From an uncultured Lachnospiraceae bacterium (lineage in GTDB: Bacteria; Bacillota; Clostridia; Lachnospirales; Lachnospiraceae), in the NCBI GenBank assembly GCA_900318375.1, contig ONKG01000006.1:311-64310 (forward strand): a stretch of 64,000 nucleotides of DNA, read 5' to 3'. The notes beneath the pieces were generated by a model, which was not told the origin of the DNA, searched no databases, and saw only the letters and a list, made by a program, of their open reading frames with translations. This document shows positions 9,005 through 18,353 of this stretch, piece after piece (within the stretch, counting starts at the first letter, position 1; the number at the start of each line of letters is the position of its first letter). A program made the translations under genes and the position numbers.

Positions 9005-10225
9005 TCAGTCCTCAAGCAGGCGGATCACCTGGCGCACTTCGGACAGCTGCGCTGCGCAGTCTTCAAAAGAGGATTCTTTCATGCTGCCTGTCGTAAAAGC
9101 AGCCTCGTCAGCAGGTGCGGAATCCATGGAGACCTCTTCAAACCCCCTGAAGAGACCGGAGGCTTTTTCCAGCTCAGTCCTGGGAATACGCACAAAGAAA
9201 CGGCTGGAGTTGAGGGCAGGATCGGACAGTTCCATTGTTTCATCGGACCAGCGGATCGGAATGGTCGCTCCGATGTTCAGCGCGCAGTCAAGCATGTCGG
9301 AGACCACTGCGCTGGCTGTCGGGAACTTGCCTGCTCCTCGTCCGTAGAACATGAGATTGTCTACAAGGTTGCCGTGAACATAGACTGCATTGAAGACATC
9401 TTCGACGCCGTGAAGCGGGTGGGACGCGGGAACCATATAAGGAGCAGTCCGGACATAGAAGGTGCCGGTCTGCCAGTCGCGTTCACTGACACCCAGAAGC
9501 TTGATGGCCCTGCCCATACTGCGGGCATAGGCGACGTCCAGCATGGAGATTTTGCTGATGCCTTCACAGGGTATGTCCTCATAACGGACGGTCTTGCCGC
9601 ACATAAGGGAGGAAAGGATGGCGATCTTGCGGCAGGCATCATGTCCTTCGATATCCGCCTCGGGATTACGCTCGGCATAGCCTCTGTCCTGAGCCTGTTT
9701 GAGAACATCTTCGAAGGAAATATCCTCCTGCTCCATCCTGGTCATCATGTAGTTTGTTGTACCATTGAGGATACCGATGATCTTCGTGATATACTCCGGA
9801 GCGAGCGAGGTATTCATGGGGCGGATGATCGGAATACCGCCGCCGACACTGGCTTCAAAGAGATAGCTGCAGTTGTTCTCATCCGCAATCCTCAAAAGCT
9901 CGGGGCCGTGGGCCGCGACCAGTTCCTTGTTGGATGTGCAGACACTGATCCCTCTCTCGAGGGCCTTCCTGGTGAAGGTAAAGGCGGGTTCCTTGCCTCC
10001 CATGGTCTCGCAGATCACACGGATCTCGGGATCATCGAGGATAATATTGAAATCATGTACTACTCTGTCTGCATAGGGACTGTCGGGAAACTCGCGCAGA
10101 TCAAGAATATAACTAACCTCCACTCCTTCGGGAACTCTTCTCTTCACCGAGTTACGGTTAATGTCAAAAAGCTCTACGACTCCGCTGCCGACTGTTCCAA
10201 ATCCCAACACTGCAACTTTTATCAT
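9005..10225 (-). CDS. hom: Homoserine dehydrogenase
   Basis: GFGTVGSG, TSNKE, FEASVGGGIP, GILNGTTNY, GRGAGKFPTASAV. Confidence 0.95.
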   Translation of the reverse strand: MIKVAVLGFGTVGSGVVELFDINRNSVKRRVPEGVEVSYILDLREFPDSPYADRVVHDFNIILDDPEIRVICETMGGKEPAFTFTRKALERGISVCTSNKELVAAHGPELLRIADENNCSYLFEASVGGGIPIIRPMNTSLAPEYITKIIGILNGTTNYMMTRMEQEDISFEDVLKQAQDRGYAERNPEADIEGHDACRKIAILSSLMCGKTVRYEDIPCEGISKISMLDVAYARSMGRAIKLLGVSERDWQTGTFYVRTAPYMVPASHPLHGVEDVFNAVYVHGNLVDNLMFYGRGAGKFPTASAVVSDMLDCALNIGATIPIRWSDETMELSDPALNSSRFFVRIPRTELEKASGLFRGFEEVSMDSAPADEAAFTTGSMKESSFEDCAAQLSEVRQVIRLLED

Positions 10226-10316
10226 CTCGTTAATCCATTCCTTTCCATTTTGATACGAGTGTATATTCTGAAAAATAGTACCTGTCCTTATGAACAGGGT
10301 TGTTTTCTAATTTAAC

Positions 10317-10413
10317 CGGTAATACGACTGTATTCCCCGACTGTTTCTTCAGTAATGCGCCTGTATTTCCCCGGCTGCTTTTTCAGGTAATGCAGCTGTA
10401 TCCCGGACTTCTT
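10317..10413. repeat. Degenerate tandem repeat, about 34-bp unit x3
   Basis: GTAAT.C..CTGTAT..CCC(G/C)G.CT..TT.TT recurs three times. Confidence 0.65.
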
Positions 10414-10436
10414 CTGCCGGAAAAACGCCGGTCTAT

Positions 10437-10874
10437 CTATCTTCCTGTCACGCGGACGCGCCGGATCCCGTCTCTTTCCGCGATCTTCTCGATGATCGTA
10501 TTGACGCTGTTGGCATTTTCAAGCATCTGCATGCTGATACTGACAACCGCGACGCCGTCCACGGGAATCGCCTGGTGGATCGTCAGGATATTTGCCCCGC
10601 ACTGCGCGATCGTCTGGAGCAGGTCTGATAAAACTCCCGCCCTGTCACTGACTTCACAAACGATCGTCAGCATGGATCCTGTGAGGTTATTGTGAAACTC
10701 CTCAACAGAATCCTTGAATTTGTAATAAGAGCTTCGCCCGATCCCGACCATCTCGGCAGCCTCGTTGACTGTCCTGGCTTCTCCGGAAGAAAGAAGTCTG
10801 TTGGCTTCCGCCACTTTTTTGAGCACAGGCGGCATAGCTGATTCATGCACTATATAAAAAGTAGAGCCCTCCAT
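10437..10874 (-). CDS. ACT-domain DNA-binding protein (UPF0735/PheB/ThrR-like regulator)
   Basis: HTH VNEAAEMVGIGRSSYYKFKD plus ACT domain DRAGVLS...ANILTIHQAIP; directly upstream of hom. Confidence 0.85.
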   Translation of the reverse strand: MEGSTFYIVHESAMPPVLKKVAEANRLLSSGEARTVNEAAEMVGIGRSSYYKFKDSVEEFHNNLTGSMLTIVCEVSDRAGVLSDLLQTIAQCGANILTIHQAIPVDGVAVVSISMQMLENANSVNTIIEKIAERDGIRRVRVTGR

Positions 10875-10890
10875 AATAATCTCCTTCGCA

Positions 10891-10907
10891 GTCCGTCTGA
10901 CACGGAC
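10891..10907. promoter_or_regulatory. Palindrome upstream of the ACT regulator (possible autoregulatory operator)
   Basis: GTCCGT-ctgac-ACGGAC just upstream of the RBS. Confidence 0.4.
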
Positions 10908-11002
10908 ATTTGTGCGTGCACGATGGATATCTTACCACGCATAGAGCTGTTTTGCAAGCATTAACAGCTTTCGATCGGAGAGCACTTCTATTGGCGCTTA
11001 CA

Positions 11003-13678
11003 TTAATGCCGCCGCATCCGGATGCCGAAAAGGAGCAGTGCGGCAGCTGTCAGCGCGGAGATGACCGAGGCAGGCACCAATCCCTGCGGCAGGTAGGTCA
11101 CAGTGATCTCATGCGTGCCCTCGGGAACGTATATGGCAGTCAGACCGAAGTCTGCACATTCCACTTCCGCGGGCTCTCCGTCAACCCTGGCCGAAAAGCC
11201 TCTGTCATAGGGAATTGAGAAAAGGAGAAGATTGTCTCTTTCCATCTCTGCCGTGGCGTGGTATCCGTTTTTATCAAAGGCAAACTCTGTACAGGCAGAA
11301 GCGGCGCGGTCAGCGCAGTGAACATAGAATTCTTCGTAGGGCATCTCTTCCGTATACAATTCTGTGTCCTCTTCCATCAAATGACCGTATTTAGCTGCCA
11401 TCTCCTCCGAAAGAACAATGTTTTTGACCAGCACCCGGTCGGACACAGGACCATTGGTGAGAGCATCGTAGTTCTCTTCGGTCATATAGCTGTCAAACGA
11501 GAAGCCCATCGGGATATAATTTTCCGTTTCATGGACATTGTAACCGTTCATGTCATTGATCAGGGAATATCCTTCGATACCGCCCTGGTCCGTATAGCTC
11601 TTGTCCGGTTTGACAAGTGTATTCTCAATATAGTAGCGCACAGACATGACGGCGCGCGCGCCGATCCGCTCATAGGGGAGCGTCGACTCTACGGTACGGA
11701 TCATTCCGATGCCGCGGTACCAGGTGAAGATCATGGGGTGCACGGTACTCTCGAAACAGTGCATAGTCGGATATCTCCAGACCATCTCATAGTTTGTCGA
11801 AGTGCTGTCTGTCTCCACGCGGGAAAAAGGCGCATCGACCCCGGGGACAGGACCGGTCAGAGGCGCTGTCCGCACATCTGACGATACATCCGCCGCAGGC
11901 TCCTGCGCACTGTCCGGATCGGATTCTGTCAGGGGATAAGGGGCCAGCACCGGACGCTCAGTGAGCAGCTGACGCTTCCACTTTTCAAAGCCGGTATAAG
12001 AAATAAGTGAACTGCCGTTATCCAGGACCGCTATGGTCGAGGTGATGCAGCACACCGCCGTGAGCAGCAGACAGATCGTTCCAGGGATCCGCCTCCTGTC
12101 AAGGCGCAGACGTCTGGAAGCTTCCCCTTTTGCAGTGTCATCAGAGCCTGTCAGGTCTCCGCCTGTATTCCCGCTGTCCCTGCTGTCTTCGCTGTCTCTG
12201 CTGTCTTCGCTGTCTCTGCTGTCTTCGCTGTCTCTGCTGTCCTTTCTGACCTTGTCCGGGAAGAGACTTCCGAAGCGCCTCTTGAGGAAAAGAACGACCA
12301 GCAGTACAGCCGAACTGAACAGAGTGGCTTCGATTTCTCTTGTCAGAAGCTGTCTGTTGTCACAGATTTTTGTAAAGTACCACTTTCCGTTCTCCTGCAC
12401 CGGAAGAAAGCAGAACAGGATAAAGAGGACTGTGCATGTCAGCGAAAGCAAAGTGCCCCGTGTGAATGCCGCTTTGTCATTTTCTTCGACTACTTCTGCT
12501 GTCATACAGGCACATAGAAGAATCGGCATGTAAAACCATCTGGTGTAAAAATTCGAATTAAAGGCAGAAAAGGATGCGTTCAGGACCGGAATGAAGGCCA
12601 TTACAGCCAGGGCAGTCAGGAGCGATTTCTTCCAGCTCTTGCGGCGCAGCATCCAGAAGGCGAAGACGCCCGCCATGGCAAAACAGGGCAGGCAGAATGC
12701 GAGGGACCCGTTTCTGATATGGTCATTGGTAAACAGGGTGCCGCGGGCGATCAGGTCCGGTACCATAAAGAAGGATTTCAGGATCGCCAGAGGTGTTGTC
12801 GCATCCGGATAGGCAAGAAGATCATAACCGTTGATCACCTTGCCGACACGGGTATTGCCGACGACCCCGCCGAGGGACTGCACGAGGAAAAAGGATGACA
12901 AAAGAAGGCCTGCCATACCTGCGCCCAGGATCCGCAGGACCTCGGTGACCATGGACATGAAGCCGTCCCCCCCTGCGCGCCGGATCCCCCACCTGGTCAG
13001 ATAATACAGAACAAGGAAGATCACCTGTCCGACAAAGAAATAGTAGTTGATCACGGACATGAGGGCTGTCATCAATGTGAATCCCAGAAGATCTATTACC
13101 GCAGTCTTTCTTTTTCCCTCGCAGCGGCAGACGGTGATCTCCCGGCTGCCGGTCACAAACCGGTCAAAGGCCAGAAGGTAGAGGGGAAAGAACGCGGTGA
13201 CATCATGAAAATGCTGAAAGACGATGTTGCACGCCTGAAAACCGGAGAAAGCATATAAAAAAGAACCCAGTACAGCCGCCTTGTCCGAGCGGGTCTGGGT
13301 GCGGATCCAGGCGCAGGATGTCGCAGCTGCCGTTCCGTATTTCAAGGCCATCAGAAAGGGAGGCATATAGGGAAGCCAGCTCTCCGGAAAAGGAATCGTC
13401 AGCCAGAAAAAAGGACTGCCCCACAGATAGAAAGCGAAAACGCCTGTCATATTGCCGCCGAGATCCACCAGCGGGTTCCAGAAAAATCTCCCCTCTCGCA
13501 CCGCCCTGTGCGCAAAAATAAGAAAGGGAACCTGCTGGACATTGTAATCGCCGTAATAAAAGAACAGACCCTTTCGGTAAATTAAAAAAGGAAGGACTGC
13601 AAGAAGATAAACCAGCACCCCTCCTATAAATACTTTATATGGTAATATTTTGTTTTTGCCGTTATCCGAAATTTTCAT
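11003..13678 (-). CDS. YfhO family multi-pass membrane protein (putative GT-C glycosyltransferase)
   Basis: YYGDYNVQQVPF, FYLWGSPFFW, many TM helices, C-terminal LFSIPYDRGFSARVDG. Confidence 0.85.
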   Translation of the reverse strand: MKISDNGKNKILPYKVFIGGVLVYLLAVLPFLIYRKGLFFYYGDYNVQQVPFLIFAHRAVREGRFFWNPLVDLGGNMTGVFAFYLWGSPFFWLTIPFPESWLPYMPPFLMALKYGTAAATSCAWIRTQTRSDKAAVLGSFLYAFSGFQACNIVFQHFHDVTAFFPLYLLAFDRFVTGSREITVCRCEGKRKTAVIDLLGFTLMTALMSVINYYFFVGQVIFLVLYYLTRWGIRRAGGDGFMSMVTEVLRILGAGMAGLLLSSFFLVQSLGGVVGNTRVGKVINGYDLLAYPDATTPLAILKSFFMVPDLIARGTLFTNDHIRNGSLAFCLPCFAMAGVFAFWMLRRKSWKKSLLTALAVMAFIPVLNASFSAFNSNFYTRWFYMPILLCACMTAEVVEENDKAAFTRGTLLSLTCTVLFILFCFLPVQENGKWYFTKICDNRQLLTREIEATLFSSAVLLVVLFLKRRFGSLFPDKVRKDSRDSEDSRDSEDSRDSEDSRDSGNTGGDLTGSDDTAKGEASRRLRLDRRRIPGTICLLLTAVCCITSTIAVLDNGSSLISYTGFEKWKRQLLTERPVLAPYPLTESDPDSAQEPAADVSSDVRTAPLTGPVPGVDAPFSRVETDSTSTNYEMVWRYPTMHCFESTVHPMIFTWYRGIGMIRTVESTLPYERIGARAVMSVRYYIENTLVKPDKSYTDQGGIEGYSLINDMNGYNVHETENYIPMGFSFDSYMTEENYDALTNGPVSDRVLVKNIVLSEEMAAKYGHLMEEDTELYTEEMPYEEFYVHCADRAASACTEFAFDKNGYHATAEMERDNLLLFSIPYDRGFSARVDGEPAEVECADFGLTAIYVPEGTHEITVTYLPQGLVPASVISALTAAALLLFGIRMRRH
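12173..12242. repeat. In-frame 18-bp tandem repeat encoding (DSRDSE)n inside YfhO
   Basis: GCTGTCTTC-GCTGTCTCT units; protein KDSRDSEDSRDSEDSRDSEDSRDSG. Confidence 0.9.
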
Positions 13679-13683
13679 ATTTC

Positions 13684-13992
13684 TTAGTTGTTCGTATTCT
13701 CATTGTAGGACTTCATTCTGGAAAAAACCATGGTATAACCGTCATTTCCATAATTGAGAGACCGGTTCACACGGCTGATTGTCGCCGTGGACGCACCGGT
13801 CTTCTCGGCAATCTTGAGATATGTATCTTTCTTTTTGAGCATAGAGGCAACCTCAAACCTCTGCGATAAAGACAGCAGTTCATTTACCGTACAAAGATCC
13901 TCAAAAAACTCAAAGCACTCTTCTTCATTTTCCAAGGTCAGGATAGCCTCGAAAAGGTGACTGACTGCATCTGTTCTGATTTTTTTGTTCAT
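13684..13992 (-). CDS. YerC/YecD TrpR-like regulator (HisR-like)
   Basis: LFEAIL...FFEDLCTVNELLSLSQRFEVA...TGASTATISRVNRSL; start moved to ATG 13992. Confidence 0.9.
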   Translation of the reverse strand: MNKKIRTDAVSHLFEAILTLENEEECFEFFEDLCTVNELLSLSQRFEVASMLKKKDTYLKIAEKTGASTATISRVNRSLNYGNDGYTMVFSRMKSYNENTNN

Positions 13993-14120
13993 GAATACCC
14001 CCACAAGAGAAAACAGCTGCTTATAGTTTTTTACCAGACTTTTTCTTTCTTTCAACCACGCCGCCGGACAGCGAGGCAGCGCCCTTAACCGCTGCATTTG
14101 CGGTCTGCAACCTATTTTAA

Positions 14121-14140
14121 CATTTTACAACGGTGAAGTA
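14121..14140. promoter_or_regulatory. Candidate HisR/YerC-type operator
   Basis: CATTTTA-CAACGG-TGAAGTA resembles the YACTTTA-N6-TAAAGTR palindrome as I recall it for Firmicutes HisR; lies upstream of the yerC-like gene. Confidence 0.45.
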
Positions 14141-14345
14141 AAGAAGTAGGTTCATCTTATCAAAAATATTAGTACATTGGCAAATAAATGTCCAAACATG
14201 TGATTCTATGCATCCCAATAAAATTCTGCTTTACTTTTGTTTACACTTGTGTTATGTTGGATTCGTTACACAAAATGGTGTTATACTCTTCATCTTTTGT
14301 GCAATAAATACAGCGATTCTAGTTTTGTTTTTGGAGGTGCCAGCA

Positions 14346-14546
14346 ATGAGCAAAGGAACTGTCAAGTGGTTTAACAACCAAAAGGGGTTTGGATTTATTT
14401 CCGATTCTGAAGGAAATGATGTCTTCGTACATTTCAGCGGAATCAATCAGGAAGGTTTCAAATCCCTTGAAGAGGGTGAGGCTGTTGAGTATGATGTCGT
14501 ACAGGGTCAGAAGGGTCCTCAGGCAGTCAACGTTACCAAGCTTTGA
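14346..14546 (+). CDS. Cold-shock protein (CspA family)
   Basis: [29 protein letters not shown]; RBS GGAGG before ATG 14346. Confidence 0.96.
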   Translation: MSKGTVKWFNNQKGFGFISDSEGNDVFVHFSGINQEGFKSLEEGEAVEYDVVQGQKGPQAVNVTKL

Positions 14547-14637
14547 TGAAAACCACTTGATTACCACATAAGAGGGATTACGGTCTGTCACCAAAGCGGC
14601 AGACACCCGCAAAAAGATCATTTTATCGACATGGAAT

Positions 14638-14685
14638 AAGGGGCTGTTGCATCTGCTTAAAAATAAGCAGATGCAACAGCCCCTT
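14638..14685. terminator. Strong hairpin between the convergent csp and hisA genes
   Basis: AAGGGGCTGTTGCATCTGCTTA-aaaa-TAAGCAGATGCAACAGCCCCTT perfect stem. Confidence 0.8.
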
Positions 14686-14709
14686 CATTTTACCAATAAT
14701 CAGAAATAC

Positions 14710-15552
14710 TTAAAAGGATGCCGCCTCAGAAGCAAGCATATCCAGATCAAGGCTTCCGCCGAAGATCTGCAGAGCACTGCCGACGGTGACATCCAGACGT
14801 CCCCCGGAAAGGGAAGCGATGCGGGCAAGATCAGCCGCTTCGCGGACACCGCCCGCGTACGTGACAGGAAATCCGGTGGTCCTGCAGAAGGTGCCGAGAA
14901 TACCGACCAGTTCCTCCTGGATCCCTCCCCTCTTTCCTTCGACATCCGCCGCGTGAATAAGGAATTCATCGCAGTGGTTTTTCAGCGCGAGCAGGTTTTC
15001 CTGAGTGATGATCCATCGGGTAAATTTCTGCCATCTGTCTGTGACAACAGCATAACAGCCTGTTCCGGGCTTATCCGGTGTATTTGTCTGATCCCCGCCG
15101 TCCTGTGACCCGGATAGTTTCCGACAGCTGAGGTCCAGTACCAGCCGGTCGGTCCCGACAGCCCTTTTCATTTTATCCAGGCGTTCCTCGTCTAGGGCTC
15201 CCTCACGAAAAACATAAGAGGTCACAATGACGTGAGAAGCACCTGCATCCAGATACTGCGCGGCATTTTCCGGGGTGATTCCTCCGCCGATCTGCATACC
15301 TCCGGGATAGGCGGCAAGGGCGGAAAGCGCCTGGTCACGGTCTGCTTCATAGGCCTCCGGATCTGCCGAGGCACTGTCAAGCAGGATGATATGACCTCCG
15401 GAAAGACCTCTTTCACGGTAAAACGAGGCATAATATGCGGCATCCCGGTCTGAAACAAAGTTCTCCTCAACGGCCTGTCCCTCCCGGATCGAACCACCGA
15501 CGATCTGTTTGACACACCCTCCGTGAATATCGATACAGGGACGTAATCTCAT
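14710..15552 (-). CDS. hisA: ProFAR isomerase, His6/eukaryote-like type
   Basis: RPCIDIHGGCVKQIVGG, GGHIILL, QIGGGIT, LVLDLSCR, EFLIHAADVEG, TVGSALQIFGG. Confidence 0.88.
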   Translation of the reverse strand: MRLRPCIDIHGGCVKQIVGGSIREGQAVEENFVSDRDAAYYASFYRERGLSGGHIILLDSASADPEAYEADRDQALSALAAYPGGMQIGGGITPENAAQYLDAGASHVIVTSYVFREGALDEERLDKMKRAVGTDRLVLDLSCRKLSGSQDGGDQTNTPDKPGTGCYAVVTDRWQKFTRWIITQENLLALKNHCDEFLIHAADVEGKRGGIQEELVGILGTFCRTTGFPVTYAGGVREAADLARIASLSGGRLDVTVGSALQIFGGSLDLDMLASEAASF

Positions 15553-15571
15553 TCTTTTTCCTGCCTTTTCA

Positions 15572-15665
15572 AGTATTTACCTTCCAGTATTTACCCTCTT
15601 GTATTTATCTTCCAGTATTTACCTTCCAGTATTTACCCTCTGGTATTTACCTTCCGGTATTCACC
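15572..15665. repeat. Tandem repeat, about 14-bp unit x6-7
   Basis: GTATTTACCTTCCA and variants, head to tail. Confidence 0.85.
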
Positions 15666-15670
15666 GGCTC

Positions 15671-16426
15671 TTATGCCAGAACGTCATGCATCGTGTAGAG
15701 GCGGGCGGGTTTTCCGGCCAGATATTTTGCCGCCTCAACAGCGCCCTTGCCGAACACGGCACGGCTGTAGGCTCTGTGGGAGAAAGTGATGACTTCATCC
15801 TCTCCCGCAAAGATCACATCGTGATCCCCGACTATGGTGCCGCCGCGGACTGCGGAGATGCCGATCTCTTTTTCACGCCGTTTTTCGCGTCTGGTGCTGC
15901 GGTCATAAACATATTCATAGGCACCGTCCATGGCATCGTTGACACTGTCAGCCAGGGCAATCGCCGTTCCGCTGGGAGCATCCAGCTTCTGGTTGTGATG
16001 CTTTTCAACGATCTCGATATCGAAGCCGGCCGCAGCGAGTTTGGGGGCAGCCTCCGCCAGAAGAGTCTGGAGAAGGTTGATGCCGAGAGACATGTTGGCG
16101 CTCTTGAGAACAGCCACCTTTTCCGCAGTCTGTTTCATAAGCGCAGTCTGTTCTTGGGAAAGACCTGTGGTGCAGACCACAACCGGAATCGCACGGGAAG
16201 CACTGTAGGCAAAGAGGCCTTCCATGGCAGCCGCAGTGGAAAAATCAATGATAACGTCCGCCTCTTCCGAGCAGGCATCCAGGGATTCATATACGGGAAA
16301 ATCCGCATAAGCGCTTCCGAAAGCGTCGATTCCCGCAACAATTTCAATGCCTGCATCTCTGGAAACGATGTCTGCGATCATATGTCCCATGCGCCCGCAG
16401 GCGCCGTGAAGTATTGCCTTAACCAT
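15671..16426 (-). CDS. dapB: 4-hydroxy-tetrahydrodipicolinate reductase
   Basis: GACGRMG, IIDFS, TTG, NMSLGIN, EKHHNQKLDAPSGTA. Confidence 0.96.
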   Translation of the reverse strand: MVKAILHGACGRMGHMIADIVSRDAGIEIVAGIDAFGSAYADFPVYESLDACSEEADVIIDFSTAAAMEGLFAYSASRAIPVVVCTTGLSQEQTALMKQTAEKVAVLKSANMSLGINLLQTLLAEAAPKLAAAGFDIEIVEKHHNQKLDAPSGTAIALADSVNDAMDGAYEYVYDRSTRREKRREKEIGISAVRGGTIVGDHDVIFAGEDEVITFSHRAYSRAVFGKGAVEAAKYLAGKPARLYTMHDVLA

Positions 16427-16521
16427 CTGTATCTCCTTCGCTGTTCATTGCTGTTTCTGACCATATCTTCTGCTGTCCGCAGTTGTTGATTCAGCCGGGA
16501 ATTAATTATTCCGGGAATATA

Positions 16522-17415
16522 TTATTTCAGAATTCCGAAATTGCGCATAGCTGCCTCGAGCTTCTTCGCGTGATCCTCTTCCATCTCGGTAAGGGGCATG
16601 CGCAGGGGGCCTGCATTGAAGCCCATCAGGTTGACAGCCTTCTTGACGGGGATAGGGTTGACTTCGCTGAAGAGATTCTCGCAGAGATCAAGTGTGTCTT
16701 TCTGGATCTGGGCAGCACCCTTGACATCGCCGTTGAGCATCTTGTCACACATGTCGTGGACTGCTTTGGGAGCGACGTTGGAGACAACGGAAATGACACC
16801 GAGTCCGCCCATGGACATAAGCGGAACGACCTGGTCGTCATTGCCGGAATACAAGTCGATATTGCCGTCGGTCAGAGTCATGAGTTTGACGATCTGGCTG
16901 ATGTTGCCGCTTGCTTCCTTGATACCGACGATGTTGGGAACTTCCTTTACAAGCTGTGCCACAGTCTCAGGATTGATGTTTCCGCCGGTACGGCTGGGAA
17001 CGTTATAGAGGATGACCGGGCAGCCGTCAGAAGCTTCCGCAACCATCTTGAAGTGCTTGACAAGGCCCTTCTGTGTGCCCTTATTGTAATAAGGATGGAT
17101 GACCAGAAGGCCGTCGGCACCATAAGCCGCGAGCTCTTTGGAGAGGTTCATGGCTGTCTGTGTGCAGTTGGAACCGCTGCCGGCGATGACGGGAACGCGC
17201 TTCTTTGTGTAGTCGATGCAGAATTTGCATACGTCCAGATGCTCCTGCTCAGTCATGGTCGCAGCCTCTCCTGTGGAGCCGCAGACGATGATGGCATCCG
17301 TGCCGTTGTCGATCTGGAAGTCAATCAGTTCCGCAAATGCGTCATAATTGACAGAGAAGTCATCCTCTTTGAAAGGGGTGATGATGGCAACTCCTGCTTT
17401 TGTAAAAATAGACAT
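16522..17415 (-). CDS. dapA: 4-hydroxy-tetrahydrodipicolinate synthase
   Basis: GSTGE, PYYNK, LYNVPSRTG, GIKEASG, EVNPIPVK. Confidence 0.96.
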   Translation of the reverse strand: MSIFTKAGVAIITPFKEDDFSVNYDAFAELIDFQIDNGTDAIIVCGSTGEAATMTEQEHLDVCKFCIDYTKKRVPVIAGSGSNCTQTAMNLSKELAAYGADGLLVIHPYYNKGTQKGLVKHFKMVAEASDGCPVILYNVPSRTGGNINPETVAQLVKEVPNIVGIKEASGNISQIVKLMTLTDGNIDLYSGNDDQVVPLMSMGGLGVISVVSNVAPKAVHDMCDKMLNGDVKGAAQIQKDTLDLCENLFSEVNPIPVKKAVNLMGFNAGPLRMPLTEMEEDHAKKLEAAMRNFGILK

Positions 17416-17457
17416 TTTTTCCCTCCGTATAGGTGCCGTTCACCGGCTTTTCTCTGT

Positions 17458-17955
17458 TTATTCGTATCTTTTGAAACGGACAGTGCTGATCTGAGAGATC
17501 TCATCCACAAAAGTGCAGAGTTCTCCGCTCAAAACACGGCCTGTGAAAATAACCTGCGTCTCACCGCGATGGCTCACAAGGTCGCGGAGTTCCTCGACTG
17601 TGATGATCTGGTTGTCGATCACGCCAAGGACTTCATCCAGAATAAGGAGATCGCACTCTCCTGTCGCAAGCACTTTTCTGGCAAAGCCGAGACTGTTCCG
17701 GATACACGAAACATCGTCTTCGCGCTGCTCTGTGGAGCGGTTATCATAATCCAGCTCAGATTTTTCAAAACGAAAAATTTTGATATCCGGCTCCATTCTT
17801 TTGCAGAAGATGGATTCTGCAAGTCCTCTGCCTTTCAGAAACTGAATGATGACAGCAGTTTTTCCGTCTGCCGCAGCGTCCAGAGCCATACCGAGCGCTG
17901 CCGCCGTCTTGCCCCTTCCGTCTCCGGAAAAGACGGTAATCTTTCCTTTCTCCAT
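17458..17955 (-). CDS. Cob(I)yrinic acid a,c-diamide adenosyltransferase (CobO/BtuR family)
   Basis: GDGRGKTAAALG, IIQFLKG, LLILDE, IFTGR. Confidence 0.85.
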   Translation of the reverse strand: MEKGKITVFSGDGRGKTAAALGMALDAAADGKTAVIIQFLKGRGLAESIFCKRMEPDIKIFRFEKSELDYDNRSTEQREDDVSCIRNSLGFARKVLATGECDLLILDEVLGVIDNQIITVEELRDLVSHRGETQVIFTGRVLSGELCTFVDEISQISTVRFKRYE

Positions 17956-18122
17956 TCGAATACCTCATGGCAGGGGCATCACAGCCGCCTGCAGATCATT
18001 ATCATTTCTACTTCTTCCATGAGCTGTCTTCCTGAAGCATTATCAGTGTTCCAATAGTACAGCGATGTATTAACGCTTTAGAGTAACATAACACGTTTGG
18101 TCTGAATTGTAAATAAAGCCGG

Positions 18123-18352
18123 CTCATGCAGGCATGGCATTTGCGGCCGCTTTCCTCGCTGTTTCTTTTTTGTGATAAAACTTCGTGTGTCTTCGAGCTT
18201 CAGCTCTCTCGACACACTGCATACATTCGCATTCCCGTTCCCTTTTACGCTTTGGCGCATAAAGGGAACTCCATGCTCATGTATGACGCTCGTCAAATGT
18301 CCGCAAATGCTCATGCCCGCATGGCATTTGCGGCCGCTTTCCTCGCTGTTTT
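18123..18352. repeat. About 42-bp direct repeats flanking a roughly 145-bp hairpin-rich segment
   Basis: CTCATGC..GCATGGCATTTGCGGCCGCTTTCCTCGCTGTTT at about 18123-18164 and 18310-18351. Confidence 0.85.
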
Positions 18353-18353
18353 A

